A stretch of 64,000 nt of DNA from an uncultured Enterobacteriaceae bacterium (GTDB lineage Bacteria > Pseudomonadota > Gammaproteobacteria > UBA6186 > Azoamicaceae). Position numbers and translations under genes: made by a program. The stretch lies in assembly GCA_964355565.1 (NCBI GenBank), contig CAYHDJ010000002.1, forward strand, positions 2,316 through 66,315, written 5' to 3'. Positions 10,810-21,284 of this stretch are shown here, piece by piece (the first letter of the stretch is position 1; each line of letters opens with the position of its first letter). Below the pieces are notes generated by a model that was not told the origin of the DNA, made no database searches, and worked only from the letters and a program-made list of their open reading frames with translations.

Positions 10810-10893
10810 TGGCCGAGTGGCTGAAGGCGCTCCCCTGCTAAGGGAGTATAGCTCTTAATGGAACTATCGTGGGTTCAAATCCCACTCACTCCG
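10803..10893 (+). tRNA. tRNA-Ser(GCT)
   Basis: GGAGTGA/TCACTCC acceptor stem, CTCCC-CTGCTAA-GGGAG anticodon arm, long variable arm, GTTCAAATC T-loop; no encoded CCA. Confidence 0.96.
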
Positions 10894-10901
10894 AAAAACA
10901 A

Positions 10902-10976
10902 GCGCCCGTAGCTCAATTGGAATAGAGCATCTGGCTACGAACCAGAAGGTAGGAGGTTCAAATCCTTCCGGGCGCG
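10902..10976 (+). tRNA. tRNA-Arg(ACG)
   Basis: GCGCCCG/CGGGCGC acceptor, TCTGG-CTACGAA-CCAGA anticodon arm; Ser(GCT)-Arg(ACG) tandem; no encoded CCA. Confidence 0.97.
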
Positions 10977-10979
10977 AAA

Positions 10980-11201
10980 TTATTCGCTAACTCTATAAAT
11001 AATTCTACCTTTGGTTAAATCATATGGTGAAACTTCAACCACAACAACATCTCCGGTCAATATTCGTATATAATTCTTCCTCATTCTACCAGAAATATGT
11101 GCATTAATAACATAATTGTTTTCCAATTTTACTTTAAAAGTAGCATTTGGCAAAGTTTCTACGACAACTCCTTTAAATTCCATCACATCTTCTTTTTTCA
11201 T
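10980..11201 (-). CDS. infA: Translation initiation factor IF-1
   Basis: [37 protein letters not shown]. Confidence 0.98.
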   Translation of the reverse strand: MKKEDVMEFKGVVVETLPNATFKVKLENNYVINAHISGRMRKNYIRILTGDVVVVEVSPYDLTKGRIIYRVSE

Positions 11202-11330
11202 TTTAAACTCCAAACTTAAAATAAAAGTATAAACAACCTTAACAAAAAAATAAAATTAATTCAATTAACAAAATACTATTTGTTTTTTTTTTTTAATTAA
11301 TTAAAATTATAAAAACTACACAACAAAATT

Positions 11331-11750
11331 ATGGAAAAAATAAATAACAAATCAAACAACGACTGGATAATAATAGATGCAGAAAATAAAGTTCTTGGTA
11401 GATTAGCTTCAACAATAGCAACATATTTAACAGGCAAAAATAGAATTGATTATGCAAAAAATAAAATTTCCGGATGTAACATAATAGTTATAAATGCAAA
11501 AAAGTTAATTGTTACTGGTAAAAAAATAAATAATAAGATATACTATAGACACTCTGGATACCCTGGTGGAATTAAAAAAACAGTACTAAAAGACTTAATG
11601 TCTAAAAACATACAATTTGTTATTACAAATGCAGTAAAAGGTATGTTACCAAAAAATAAACTACAAAAAAAAATGTTGAAAAGACTCAGAGTTTTTCCTG
11701 AAGTGACTCATAATCATATAGCACAAAAACCTATAAGAATAGAAGCATAA
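11331..11750 (+). CDS. rplM: 50S ribosomal protein L13
   Basis: WIIIDA..KVLGRLAS, YYRHSGYPGG, AVKGMLPK. Confidence 0.98.
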   Translation: MEKINNKSNNDWIIIDAENKVLGRLASTIATYLTGKNRIDYAKNKISGCNIIVINAKKLIVTGKKINNKIYYRHSGYPGGIKKTVLKDLMSKNIQFVITNAVKGMLPKNKLQKKMLKRLRVFPEVTHNHIAQKPIRIEA

Positions 11751-11760
11751 GAGAAACAAT

Positions 11761-12165
11761 ATGACATATATATACAGCACTGGAAAACGAAAAACAAGTA
11801 TTGCTAGAGTTTTTTTAAAAGAAGGTTCTGGCGAAATTACCATAAACGAACATAAAATATCCCCAGAAGAAAATAATAAAACATTAATGATAATTAAAAA
11901 AACACTAACAACAGTGAACATGGACAATAAAATAGACTTAAAAATAACTGTAAAAGGTGGTGGCACAACCGGACAAATAGATGCAATAAAACATGGAATA
12001 AGCAAGGCATTAGTAATTTTAAATGAAAAAAATACCGATGAAGAACCGTCTTTTAGAAAAAAGTTAAAAAAACTAGGTTTATTAACAAGAGATTCTAGAA
12101 AAGTAGAGCGAAAGAAAGTAGGCAGAAGAAAAGCTCGTAAAAAAGAACAATATTCAAAGAGATAA
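11761..12165 (+). CDS. rpsI: 30S ribosomal protein S9
   Basis: GKRKTSIARV, VKGGGTTGQ, LTRDSRKVERKK, QYSKR. Confidence 0.98.
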   Translation: MTYIYSTGKRKTSIARVFLKEGSGEITINEHKISPEENNKTLMIIKKTLTTVNMDNKIDLKITVKGGGTTGQIDAIKHGISKALVILNEKNTDEEPSFRKKLKKLGLLTRDSRKVERKKVGRRKARKKEQYSKR

Positions 12166-12179
12166 TTATAACATAGGAG

Positions 12180-12758
12180 ATGATTGTGAACAAAAGTGTA
12201 GTAAACACAAAAAGAAGACAGTATATTATAGCATCATCAATTTTAGGTGGCATTGGATTTGGACTTGCAACAATACCATTTATAGTGTCTTGGTTGCCTA
12301 GCGCAAAAGCGAAAGCAATGGGTGCTCCTATAGATGTAGATACATCCAAAATAGATGAAGGTCAAAAAATAACAGTCGATTGGAGAGGTCAGCCAATTTT
12401 TATAATAAAAAGAAGTTCTATAGCTATAGAAAATCTAAAAACTATAACAAGCAAACTACGAGACCCAAATTCAGACGAAAAACAACAACCACATTATGCA
12501 ACAAACGAATATAGATCAATAAAGCCTGAGATACTCATAGTTACTGGAATTTGTACACATTTAGGATGTGTGCCACTATATAAACCTAAAACAGGTGAAG
12601 TGGATAGTTCATGGATTGGTGGCTTTTTTTGTCCATGTCATGGCTCTAGGTTTGATTTGGCAGGTAGAGTGTTTAAAGGAGTACCTGCACCAAGCAATTT
12701 AGTAATACCACCACACAAATATATAACTGAGAAAATATTAAGAATAGGCGAAGATTAA
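12180..12758 (+). CDS. petA: Ubiquinol-cytochrome c reductase Rieske iron-sulfur subunit
   Basis: Tat-type RR signal/anchor, CTHLGC and CPCHGS Rieske motifs. Confidence 0.97.
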   Translation: MIVNKSVVNTKRRQYIIASSILGGIGFGLATIPFIVSWLPSAKAKAMGAPIDVDTSKIDEGQKITVDWRGQPIFIIKRSSIAIENLKTITSKLRDPNSDEKQQPHYATNEYRSIKPEILIVTGICTHLGCVPLYKPKTGEVDSSWIGGFFCPCHGSRFDLAGRVFKGVPAPSNLVIPPHKYITEKILRIGED

Positions 12759-12776
12759 TACTTGGAGAATACTCTT

Positions 12777-14000
12777 ATGTACAAGACATTACTCAATAAT
12801 TCATCGATTTGGATAAATAAAAGATTTCCATTAAACAAATTATGGAAAGAACATATGTCTCTTTATTATGCACCAAAAAATTTTAATTTTTGGTATTATT
12901 TTGGATCACTAGCACTTTTAGTATTCGGAATACAACTAATAAGCGGCATATGGCTAGCAATGTTTTATAATCCATCTAGTGCAGAGGCTTTCGATTCTGT
13001 AGAATATATAATGCGAGATATCAAATATGGTTGGTTGATAAGATACATTCATTCAACTGGCGCGTCATTTTTTTTCATAGTGCTATATTGTCATGTATTT
13101 AGAGGGTTATTATATGGATCATATAAAAAACCACGAGAATTATTATGGATAATAGGGGTATTATTGCTTTTATGCCTAATGGCAGAATGTTTTTTTGGAT
13201 ATCTATTACCATGGGGAAATATGTCATTCTGGGGCGCACAGGTAATAACTTCGTTATTTGGAGCAATACCAGTTGTAGGTGGACCTTTAGTAGAATGGTT
13301 GCGTGGAGATTATGCTATAAGCGGTGTAACATTAACCAGATTTTTTTCTATTCATGTATCAGCAATGCCATTAGTATTTTTAATATTAATTGTCATACAT
13401 CTACTAGCTTTACATGAAGTTGGATCTGGGAATCCAGACGGCATAGAAATAAAAGAGCATAAAAATGAACTTGGCATACCACTTGATGGTATACCAATGC
13501 ATCCATATTACACAGTAAAAGATTTATTTGGTTTTTCTGTTTTTTTAACAATATTTTTTGCTATAATATTTTTAAAACCTGATTTTTTTGGATTATTCCT
13601 AGAAAGTCCAAATTTCACACCAGCAGATTCATTAGCAACACCAGAACATATTGCACCAGTATGGTACCTCACACCGTATTATGCCATATTGAGAGCAATA
13701 CCAAATAAATTGGCTGGCATAATAGCTATGGGAGCATCAATAGCCTTACTTTTTACATTACCATGGATAGATAGAAGCCCTGTTAAATCAATAAGGTATA
13801 AGGGTTTTTTTTCTAAAATAGCATTAACGGTATTTATAATAAGTTTCTTTATATTAGGGTATTTAGGTATGGAACCACCAAGCGCAACTAAGACATTATT
13901 AGCTCAAATCTGTTCATTTATATATTTTTCTTTTTTCTTACTAATGCCAATATATTCTTCAAAAGAAACATGTAAAACTGTTCCTAATAGGGTAAAATAA
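12777..14000 (+). CDS. petB: Cytochrome b of the bc1 complex
   Basis: NFWYYFGSL, GWLIRYIH, GYLLPWG.MSFWGA, PEHIAPVWY (PVWY Qo motif typical of beta/gammaproteobacteria); GGAG RBS before ATG 12777. Confidence 0.98.
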   Translation: MYKTLLNNSSIWINKRFPLNKLWKEHMSLYYAPKNFNFWYYFGSLALLVFGIQLISGIWLAMFYNPSSAEAFDSVEYIMRDIKYGWLIRYIHSTGASFFFIVLYCHVFRGLLYGSYKKPRELLWIIGVLLLLCLMAECFFGYLLPWGNMSFWGAQVITSLFGAIPVVGGPLVEWLRGDYAISGVTLTRFFSIHVSAMPLVFLILIVIHLLALHEVGSGNPDGIEIKEHKNELGIPLDGIPMHPYYTVKDLFGFSVFLTIFFAIIFLKPDFFGLFLESPNFTPADSLATPEHIAPVWYLTPYYAILRAIPNKLAGIIAMGASIALLFTLPWIDRSPVKSIRYKGFFSKIALTVFIISFFILGYLGMEPPSATKTLLAQICSFIYFSFFLLMPIYSSKETCKTVPNRVK

Positions 14001-14003
14001 AAA

Positions 14004-14765
14004 ATGAATATCAATAAATACATATATTATCTATTTGCATTCATATTTTGTATATCAAGTATAAATGCAAGTAGTAACATAACATTAAATAAAGCCACCA
14101 TTAACTTAGAAAATTATAAATCACTACAAAAAGGTGCAAAAATATTTTTAGAAAATTGTCAAGGATGTCATGGATTAAAATACATGAGATATTCTGATCT
14201 AGCAATAGGTATAAAATTGCAAGACCAATCTGCGCAAAGCCTGGATCAAATAATAAAAGAAAAATTTATGCATTCTGTCCAAGGATTAAATGAAAACAGT
14301 TCAATATCAAGTTCAATAAATAAAGAAAATGCAGCCAAATGGTTTGGCAAATTGCCGCCAGACCTATCTTTAATAGCAAGATACAGAGGAACCAATTGGC
14401 TTTTTACATACATGAAAAGTTTTTATAAAGATGATTCAAGACCATTTGGCGTAAATAATCTAGTATTTCCAGACGTTGGAATGCCACATGTTTTATTAAA
14501 ATATCAAGGTATACAAACTCTAAAAAAAAATGTTAATCATCACGAAAAAAATATAGAAAACATATTAGAACTAACTGAAAATGGAGAATTATCAAAAGAT
14601 GAATATGATAGTTTAGTAACTGACTTGGTAACATTTCTATCATACGTTGGTGAACCAATTCAAGTAGAAAGACAAAACATAGGAACGTTTGTTCTAATTT
14701 TTTCAATAGTGTTGGTTATAATTCTTTTTTTATTAAAAAAAGAATTTTGGAAAGATATAAAATAA
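14004..14765 (+). CDS. petC: Cytochrome c1
   Basis: Signal peptide, CQGCH heme motif, PPDLSLIAR, MPHVL, C-terminal TM with KKEFWKD. Confidence 0.96.
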   Translation: MNINKYIYYLFAFIFCISSINASSNITLNKATINLENYKSLQKGAKIFLENCQGCHGLKYMRYSDLAIGIKLQDQSAQSLDQIIKEKFMHSVQGLNENSSISSSINKENAAKWFGKLPPDLSLIARYRGTNWLFTYMKSFYKDDSRPFGVNNLVFPDVGMPHVLLKYQGIQTLKKNVNHHEKNIENILELTENGELSKDEYDSLVTDLVTFLSYVGEPIQVERQNIGTFVLIFSIVLVIILFLLKKEFWKDIK

Positions 14766-14768
14766 TAT

Positions 14769-15359
14769 ATGATGACACTATATACAAACGGATTTAATGA
14801 TCCATATTCTCATGTCGTGAAAATAGCATTAGCGGAAAAATGTTTAGAATTTGATGAACAGCTAATCCAGGATAATATAGGAATGTTAAAAAAATTAAAT
14901 CCATATTGTTATACTCCAACATTTGTGGATAGGGATCTTGTGTTATACAAAGCAGAAATAATAACAGAATATATTGACGAAAGATTTCCACAACCACCAT
15001 TGATGCCAATAAATCCAATTTTAAAAGGCAAAACACGCCTATTAATATACAGAATTAATAAAGATTGGTTTAAAACATTAAACTATATTTTAAATTTAAA
15101 AACAGATTTATCAGAAAATTTAAACGAATATAAAAAAAATCTTTTAATTCAAATAGAAAGTGCAAAACTTCTCTTTAAAGAAATGCCATATTTCTTAAGT
15201 GAAAACTTTTCATTAATAGATTGTTGGATATCAATTTTATTATGGTATTTGCAAGAAATAGACAAAGACTTTCTTGAAAAAGAAAAAATAATATATGATT
15301 ATAGTAAAAAAATTTTTGCCAGAAGTTCTTTTCAAAAAGTTTTAAATAAAAAAATATAA
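14769..15359 (+). CDS. sspA: Stringent starvation protein A
   Basis: DPYSH, LNPY..TPTFVDRDL, EYIDERFPQPPLMP; canonical position after rplM-rpsI-petABC. Confidence 0.93.
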   Translation: MMTLYTNGFNDPYSHVVKIALAEKCLEFDEQLIQDNIGMLKKLNPYCYTPTFVDRDLVLYKAEIITEYIDERFPQPPLMPINPILKGKTRLLIYRINKDWFKTLNYILNLKTDLSENLNEYKKNLLIQIESAKLLFKEMPYFLSENFSLIDCWISILLWYLQEIDKDFLEKEKIIYDYSKKIFARSSFQKVLNKKI

Positions 15360-15360
15360 C

Positions 15361-15681
15361 GGGGGTGTTATTGGAATCGATATAGTACTAACTATTTTAA
15401 ATCATGTCGATTTTTTGATATTTAATCGTTTAAAAAATATCAGCATCAATAAATGCAGAAAAAAATTATAGCTACGCTTTAGCAGCATAACTCTAAAGCA
15501 ATTTTTATAAATTAATCTAAAAATTATAAAAATAATAAAAAGATATGTATTAAACATACAGACAAATATAAATAATAAATAACTAAGCTAAATGGTTATT
15601 AAAAATAAAATGCAAAAAATGCATGTAAAAAATTTAAAATAGTAAATGCTATAGACGTGGGTTCAAATCCCACCACCTCCA
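15361..15681 (+). ncRNA. ssrA: tmRNA
   Basis: 5' GGGGGTG pairs with 3' CACCTCC(A); GTGGGTTCAAATCCCAC T-arm; tag frame at 15455-15490 encodes AEKNYSYALAA*, preceded by ATAAAT. Confidence 0.95.
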
Positions 15682-15686
15682 GATAA

Positions 15687-16115
15687 CTATTTATGAAAAC
15701 TACCACCAGTATTTGTTATGTTAAAAAGCACTCGTTTCGATACACTAATAAATTTACACTTTATAAAAACTGGTTTAATTATAGGAAATGAATAAACAAT
15801 TTTAATTGAGCGAACTTTATTATTAACAACTTTCATACTCTTTAAAAAATTTATATCAATAATACCATCAAAACTATTTAGAACATGACAAGGCATTTCA
15901 GAATTGTACATATTAGTCAAAGATGTAAACCCAAATTTAGGTAAGCGTTTATGTAAAGGAGTTTGTCCTCCCTCAAAACCAATTTTTCTAGAATAACCAG
16001 TCCTAGCTTTATGACCCTTATGACCCTTTCCACATGTTTTACCAAGTCCTGACCCAATGCCTCTACCAACTCTTAATTTACGCTGAAATCTAAAATTTAA
16101 ACTATTTAAATACAT
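15687..16115 (-). CDS. rplO: 50S ribosomal protein L15
   Basis: [38 protein letters not shown]. Confidence 0.97.
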   Translation of the reverse strand: MYLNSLNFRFQRKLRVGRGIGSGLGKTCGKGHKGHKARTGYSRKIGFEGGQTPLHKRLPKFGFTSLTNMYNSEMPCHVLNSFDGIIDINFLKSMKVVNNKVRSIKIVYSFPIIKPVFIKCKFISVSKRVLFNITNTGGSFHK

Positions 16116-16308
16116 CATAATTATCCACAACTTTTACATTAACCAAATAATTAATTTTATTAATCATGCCAAGAACACTAGCGTTTCTTTCTAAAATCAC
16201 ATAATCATTTATTTTTCTCAAACCTAAACAACAAACAGTTGCCCTATGTTTAGGCAATCTACTTATAACACTTTTAATTAAAGTTATTTTAACAAAATCC
16301 TTTTTCAA
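16102..16308 (-). CDS. rpmD: 50S ribosomal protein L30
   Basis: KITLIKS, HRATV..LGLRKI, GMINKI; between rpsE and rplO. Confidence 0.93.
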   Translation of the reverse strand: MKKDFVKITLIKSVISRLPKHRATVCCLGLRKINDYVILERNASVLGMINKINYLVNVKVVDNYDVFK

Positions 16309-16319
16309 AAAAACCTACC

Positions 16320-16838
16320 TTATTTATTTTTATCATAAAAAGAATACCGTGCTAAAGCAGCCTCAACATCCCCAGACATGGTTGATAAACACTTTATTGC
16401 ACATCTAGCTATATTGTTTGGATTTTTAGAACCAAAGCATTTAGCAAAAATATTTTTTATACCAACAGCCTCGAAAATAGAACGCATAACAAAAGACGCT
16501 ATAATTCCAGTTCCCTTAGATGCAGGTAACATAATAATCTTTGTTGAACAAAATTTTGCTCTAACAGAATGATAGATTGTATCTCCATTCATTTTAATAG
16601 ATACTAAATTACGTCTAGCATTTTCCATAGCTTTTTGAATAGCAAATGGAACATCTTTAGCCTTACCTCTACCAATACCAACTCTTCCATTTTTATCACC
16701 AACAACTGTTAAAGCTGAAAACCCAAAAACTCTACCACCCTTCGATACCTTAGAGTTCCTTCTAACAATTATAAGTTTTTCTAATAAACCATCAGTTCTT
16801 TGAACAATCTCAGATTGATCTATAATTAAATTAGACAT
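16320..16838 (-). CDS. rpsE: 30S ribosomal protein S5
   Basis: KVSKGGRVFGFSALTVVGD, GKAKDVPFAIQKA. Confidence 0.97.
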   Translation of the reverse strand: MSNLIIDQSEIVQRTDGLLEKLIIVRRNSKVSKGGRVFGFSALTVVGDKNGRVGIGRGKAKDVPFAIQKAMENARRNLVSIKMNGDTIYHSVRAKFCSTKIIMLPASKGTGIIASFVMRSIFEAVGIKNIFAKCFGSKNPNNIARCAIKCLSTMSGDVEAALARYSFYDKNK

Positions 16839-16854
16839 ATAAAAACCATAAAAA

Positions 16855-17211
16855 TTAACATTTAATACCATTTTTTCTTATTGATTCAGCAACAGCTTTA
16901 ATTCTACCATGAAACTTAAAACCAGACCTATCAAAAACAACATCATATATGTTTTTACTTTTAAGAATACCAGCTAATAAATTTCCAACAATATTAGCTT
17001 GCTCTGTTTTGCATAATTTGTTGACCATAGTATCTTTAAACAACTTATCTAAACTAGAAATACTAGCTATAACAGCACTTCCACTAGAATTAAACAACTG
17101 AGCATATATATGTTTATTAGATTTATAAACAGTTAGTCTAAACTTATTCTGCTTACAAATTTTCTTTCTTATTTTAATTTTTCTTCTAACACAAGCAGAT
17201 TTAGTATACAT
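16855..17211 (-). CDS. rplR: 50S ribosomal protein L18
   Basis: RLTVYKSNKHIYAQ, VFDRSGFKFHGRIKA. Confidence 0.97.
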   Translation of the reverse strand: MYTKSACVRRKIKIRKKICKQNKFRLTVYKSNKHIYAQLFNSSGSAVIASISSLDKLFKDTMVNKLCKTEQANIVGNLLAGILKSKNIYDVVFDRSGFKFHGRIKAVAESIRKNGIKC

Positions 17212-17221
17212 AAAAATAAAC

Positions 17222-17776
17222 TCATTTAGCCTTTTTTGGTACTTTTAAAATAATTTTTTCATCTCTATATCTGATTCCGTTACCTTTATATATTTCAGGA
17301 ACTTTTACAGATCTAATATCCGAAGCAAATTGACCAGCTCTACTTTTAGAAATGCTTCTAACAACAATTTCATAATTGCTAGGCAGCTCTATAAAAATAT
17401 CTCTTGGCACATTCAAAACTACTGGATGAGAATACCCCAAAAGCATAGTTAAAACACACAATTTACTATCATAATTAACTTTATAACCAATGCCCTTTAA
17501 AATTAAAAAATATTCAAATAAATTAGTAACACCATGCACACAATTTTTCAACATAACATATGTTGTATTAAAAACTGCAGGCAATGAAGATAAATCACGT
17601 TTCCTAAAAATACAATCATTAACATAAAGTGATAACATAGGACGTTCAAAATCAAGCTTAAGAAAATTATGTAACTTATATGTAATATTACCCATTGGTC
17701 CATTAAAACTACAACAATCATCTACAATGTCAACAAAAACGTTTTCAGAAATATTTATACTTTTTTTAAGTTTCAC
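17222..17776 (-). CDS. rplF: 50S ribosomal protein L6 (diverged N-terminus)
   Basis: GIGYK, LGYSHPV, PEIYKGNGIRY; between rpsH and rplR. Confidence 0.93.
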   Translation of the reverse strand: MKLKKSINISENVFVDIVDDCCSFNGPMGNITYKLHNFLKLDFERPMLSLYVNDCIFRKRDLSSLPAVFNTTYVMLKNCVHGVTNLFEYFLILKGIGYKVNYDSKLCVLTMLLGYSHPVVLNVPRDIFIELPSNYEIVVRSISKSRAGQFASDIRSVKVPEIYKGNGIRYRDEKIILKVPKKAK

Positions 17777-17782
17777 TTTAAA

Positions 17783-18184
17783 TTACTCCACTACACATAA
17801 AATTTCACCACCCTGCCCCAATTCTCTAGCTTTTTTATCAGTCAATAAACCTAAAGAAGTCGATATTACAACAATGCCAAACCCACTAAAAACTTTAGGC
17901 AAAATATTTTTCTTCATATAAACTTTAACACTAGGTTTACTAATTCTAATAATCTTTCTAAGAATAGGCATACCTTTACCATAATAACGCAAAAAAATCT
18001 TTATTCTCGGTTTTCTAGAATCACTGTCCAACAATAAATAATCTTTTAAAAAAAACTCATTTTTTAATAAATCTATTAACGCCAACTTCAACTTAGAAGA
18101 ATAAACAATAATAAAATCCTTCTTAGCCAAATATGCATTTCTTATTTGAGTTAATAAATCTGAAATTGGATCTTGCATACTCAT
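17783..18184 (-). CDS. rpsH: 30S ribosomal protein S8
   Basis: MSMQDPISDLLTQIRNA, ISKPS, STSLG, GGEILC; start moved to 18184. Confidence 0.97.
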   Translation of the reverse strand: MSMQDPISDLLTQIRNAYLAKKDFIIVYSSKLKLALIDLLKNEFFLKDYLLLDSDSRKPRIKIFLRYYGKGMPILRKIIRISKPSVKVYMKKNILPKVFSGFGIVVISTSLGLLTDKKARELGQGGEILCVVE

Positions 18185-18194
18185 ATAATCACCA

Positions 18195-18500
18195 TTACCA
18201 ACTAGCTTTTCTAATACCTGGGATGTCGCCGCGCATAGCGTGGTACCTAAACATATTTCTACACATTCCAACCATCCTATAAACTCCATTAGCCCTACCA
18301 GTTTTCCAACATCTATTTCGTAATCTACACATACCAGAATCGCGAGGCATTTCTTGAAACTTTTTTTGAGCTAATTCTTTTGCAGACATAGATGCATTAA
18401 TATCACACATTACATTACGTAAATCTTTTCTTCTAAGAAAATATTTCTTAGTTAATTTAACTCTACGTTCTTCTCTTTTTTTCATACATAATTTTGACAT
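18195..18500 (-). CDS. rpsN: 30S ribosomal protein S14
   Basis: PRDS...RLRNRC..TGR, GDIPGIRKASW. Confidence 0.97.
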   Translation of the reverse strand: MSKLCMKKREERRVKLTKKYFLRRKDLRNVMCDINASMSAKELAQKKFQEMPRDSGMCRLRNRCWKTGRANGVYRMVGMCRNMFRYHAMRGDIPGIRKASW

Positions 18501-18516
18501 AATAAAATAACCAAAA

Positions 18517-19053
18517 TCAATTAAATGGAAAGTGACATGCTTCTAACAATAACTTCCCTTTCTTGTCAGTTAAAGCTGTAGTAACTATGGTAATATCCAT
18601 ACCTCTAACAATTTCAACTTTATCATAATTTATTTCTGGGAAAACAATTTGTTCTTTAAGCCCAACAGAATAATTACCAAAACCATCAAAAGATTTAACA
18701 CTCAACCCTTTAAAATCTCTAACTCTAGGCAGTACCAAAAAAACCAATTTACCCAGAAAATTATACATATTATCCCTGCGTAAGGTAACCTTGCATCCAA
18801 CACTAACATCTTTTCTAATCTTAAACCCAGCTATTGATTTTTTTGCTTTTGTAAAAACCGGTTTTTGACCACAAATAACGAATAATTCATTTGATATATC
18901 ATCAATATTTTTTTTATTCAAAGATGAACTATCAAACCCAACATTTACAACAACTTTGGAAAATCTCGGAACTTCCATAATATTTTTAGCGAAATTGTTT
19001 TTAATAAAAAAATCAACAACACTGGAATAATAATAAGCCTTAAAATTATTCAA
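18517..19053 (-). CDS. rplE: 50S ribosomal protein L5
   Basis: GQKP..TKAKKSIAGFKIR, LPRVRDFKG, EQIVFPEI, RGMDI. Confidence 0.98.
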   Translation of the reverse strand: MNNFKAYYYSSVVDFFIKNNFAKNIMEVPRFSKVVVNVGFDSSSLNKKNIDDISNELFVICGQKPVFTKAKKSIAGFKIRKDVSVGCKVTLRRDNMYNFLGKLVFLVLPRVRDFKGLSVKSFDGFGNYSVGLKEQIVFPEINYDKVEIVRGMDITIVTTALTDKKGKLLLEACHFPFN

Positions 19054-19379
19054 TTTACCACCTCGCCATTAGATTTAAAAAATCTAGATTTTTTTCCATT
19101 GTCCAAAAATTTGAAAAAAACTTTATCTTTTTTACCAGTTAATTGACAAAATAATGCAACATTAGAATAATCAACTGGCATTTCTTTAGGCAAAATGCCA
19201 CCAGCTTTATTTTTATTTGGAACTCCTTTAGTATGCTTTTTGAATAAATTAATTCCTTCAATAATCACACTTTTCTTTTCATTTTTTCTATCAAATAAAA
19301 CCTTCTTAACAATGCCACTCTTACCTTTATCTTTTCCACATAAAATAACAACTTTATCATTAAACTTTATTCTAAACAT
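19050..19379 (-). CDS. rplX: 50S ribosomal protein L24
   Basis: VVILCGKDKGKSG, IEGIN..KKH, EMPVDYSNV. Confidence 0.96.
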   Translation of the reverse strand: MFRIKFNDKVVILCGKDKGKSGIVKKVLFDRKNEKKSVIIEGINLFKKHTKGVPNKNKAGGILPKEMPVDYSNVALFCQLTGKKDKVFFKFLDNGKKSRFFKSNGEVVN

Positions 19380-19383
19380 AAAA

Positions 19384-19752
19384 TCAAACCACCTCTAAAG
19401 CTAATGATATTATTTTCATATATCTATCAGTTCTTAATTCTCTAGTAACTGGCCCAAAAATTCGTGTTCCTATAGGTTGAAACTTATTATTTAATAAAAC
19501 TGCTGCGTTAGTGTCAAATTTTAAAAAAGATCCATCACATCTTTTGATACCCTTCCTAGTTCTAACAACTACAGCATTAACAACTTCTCCTTTCTTAACT
19601 TTACCATTAGGAATTGCATTTTTTACACTTACTTTAATCAAATCACCTATACCTGCAACACGTTTTTTTGATCCACCAAGAACCTTTATACACATAACTT
19701 TTTTAGCTCCGCTGTTGTCAGCAACAAGTAGCTCAGACTGCATTTGAATCAT
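19384..19752 (-). CDS. rplN: 50S ribosomal protein L14
   Basis: [27 protein letters not shown]. Confidence 0.98.
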   Translation of the reverse strand: MIQMQSELLVADNSGAKKVMCIKVLGGSKKRVAGIGDLIKVSVKNAIPNGKVKKGEVVNAVVVRTRKGIKRCDGSFLKFDTNAAVLLNNKFQPIGTRIFGPVTRELRTDRYMKIISLALEVV

Positions 19753-20012
19753 TTGTAAACCTCCGCCCTCTTTTTTAAAGAACAAAAAATAAAATTTTTA
19801 TTCTTAGATATTGGAGCTACCTCTGTAAAAAGAATAACATCACCAATAACACATACATCATCTTCGTCATGAACAAAATATTTTGTAGACCGCTTAACAA
19901 ATTTACCATATTTAACATGCTTCACAATTCTAACAACTTTAACAACAACAGTCTTTGTCATTTTATCACTTACAACCACCCCTTCCAAAAACTTTCTTTT
20001 TAAATCACTCAT
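19749..20012 (-). CDS. rpsQ: 30S ribosomal protein S17
   Basis: [25 protein letters not shown]. Confidence 0.97.
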   Translation of the reverse strand: MSDLKRKFLEGVVVSDKMTKTVVVKVVRIVKHVKYGKFVKRSTKYFVHDEDDVCVIGDVILFTEVAPISKNKNFIFCSLKKRAEVYK

Positions 20013-20209
20013 ACATTATCTTTTCCTTTTTCTGAAATTAAAGTCAAAACTCTAGCTATATTTCTTCTATTAAATTTAATCAAATGAGTTTTAATGAATT
20101 CAGTTCCACTAACACGTTCAAATCTAAGTTTCATCCTCTCTTTATATAACGATAATAACTTGATTTTTAATGCACCAACACTTTCATTTTTTAATTCGTT
20201 TATGTTCAT
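20009..20209 (-). CDS. rpmC: 50S ribosomal protein L29
   Basis: RRNIARVLT; between rplP and rpsQ. Confidence 0.93.
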   Translation of the reverse strand: MNINELKNESVGALKIKLLSLYKERMKLRFERVSGTEFIKTHLIKFNRRNIARVLTLISEKGKDNV

Positions 20210-20628
20210 TTATATACCAAAAAATTAGAAACAAACAATGTTTTGACAGGCAACTTATAAGAAGCTAATTTTAAAGCTCTAAGAGCAATATCATGAGGCA
20301 CACCAGCCACTTCAAACATAACACGTCCAGGCTGAACCAATGCAACCCAAAATTCAACATTACCCTTACCTTTGCCTTGACGAACCTCTAAAGGTTTTTT
20401 TGTTATAGGTTTATCTGGGAAAATCCTAATCCAAATTTTACCTATTCGTTTTAAATGTTTAGAAATCACAATTCTAGCTGATTCTATTTGTCTAGCAGTT
20501 ATTCTGCCATTTTCTAAAGACTTTATACCAAATTCGCCAAAATTTAAATTATTACATTTAGTAATAACACGTCTATTATTTCGCCCTTTTTGCTGTTTAC
20601 GAAATTTAGTTCTACTAGGTTGTAACAT
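20206..20628 (-). CDS. rplP: 50S ribosomal protein L16
   Basis: [35 protein letters not shown]. Confidence 0.98.
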   Translation of the reverse strand: MLQPSRTKFRKQQKGRNNRRVITKCNNLNFGEFGIKSLENGRITARQIESARIVISKHLKRIGKIWIRIFPDKPITKKPLEVRQGKGKGNVEFWVALVQPGRVMFEVAGVPHDIALRALKLASYKLPVKTLFVSNFLVYK

Positions 20629-20637
20629 AATAAAATC

Positions 20638-21282
20638 CTAATTCTTTTTATCAAAAACAACGTCGCCTTTATAAATCCACACCTTAACACCTATAACACC
20701 ATAAGTTGTCTTTGCTATAGCAAAACCATAATCTATATCAGCTTTAAAAGTATGCAATGGCACTCTACCCTCTCTATACCATTCACGCCTAGCAATGTCA
20801 GCACCACCCAATCTACCAGAAACAGAAACTTTAGCTCCTTTTGCACCTTGTTTCATAGCATTATTAACAGCTCTCTTTATGGCACGTTTAAACATAACCC
20901 TACGTTTTAACTGCATGCTTATATTTTCAGCTACCAAATATGCATCTAAATCAGGTTTTTTTATTTCTTCTACATTAATCGTAACAGAAATATTATATAA
21001 ACTACTTAATTTAGATCGCAATTTTTCTATATCTTCACCTTTTTTGCCAATTACTATACCAGGTTTTGCTGTATTTATAGAAATTTTAACGTTTTGATTA
21101 ATCCTCTCAATAAAAATCTTACTAATAGCAGATGATTTTGGTAAATTACTTATAATAAACTCTCTAATCTCTAAATCACTTCTTAAAATATTAGCAAATG
21201 TATCACCATCAGGATACCAAAAAGAATTACTCTTCTTTATAAAACCAAGCCTAATACCAATAGGATTAACTTTTTGTCCCAT
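20638..21282 (-). CDS. rpsC: 30S ribosomal protein S3
   Basis: [33 protein letters not shown]. Confidence 0.98.
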   Translation of the reverse strand: MGQKVNPIGIRLGFIKKSNSFWYPDGDTFANILRSDLEIREFIISNLPKSSAISKIFIERINQNVKISINTAKPGIVIGKKGEDIEKLRSKLSSLYNISVTINVEEIKKPDLDAYLVAENISMQLKRRVMFKRAIKRAVNNAMKQGAKGAKVSVSGRLGGADIARREWYREGRVPLHTFKADIDYGFAIAKTTYGVIGVKVWIYKGDVVFDKKN

Positions 21283-21284
21283 AA

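Noticed and set aside
4402..15681. Genomic island integrated at ssrA or the tRNAs
   Set aside because: No integrase or direct repeat of the tmRNA/tRNA 3' end is visible, and the content is core housekeeping. A rearrangement explains it better.
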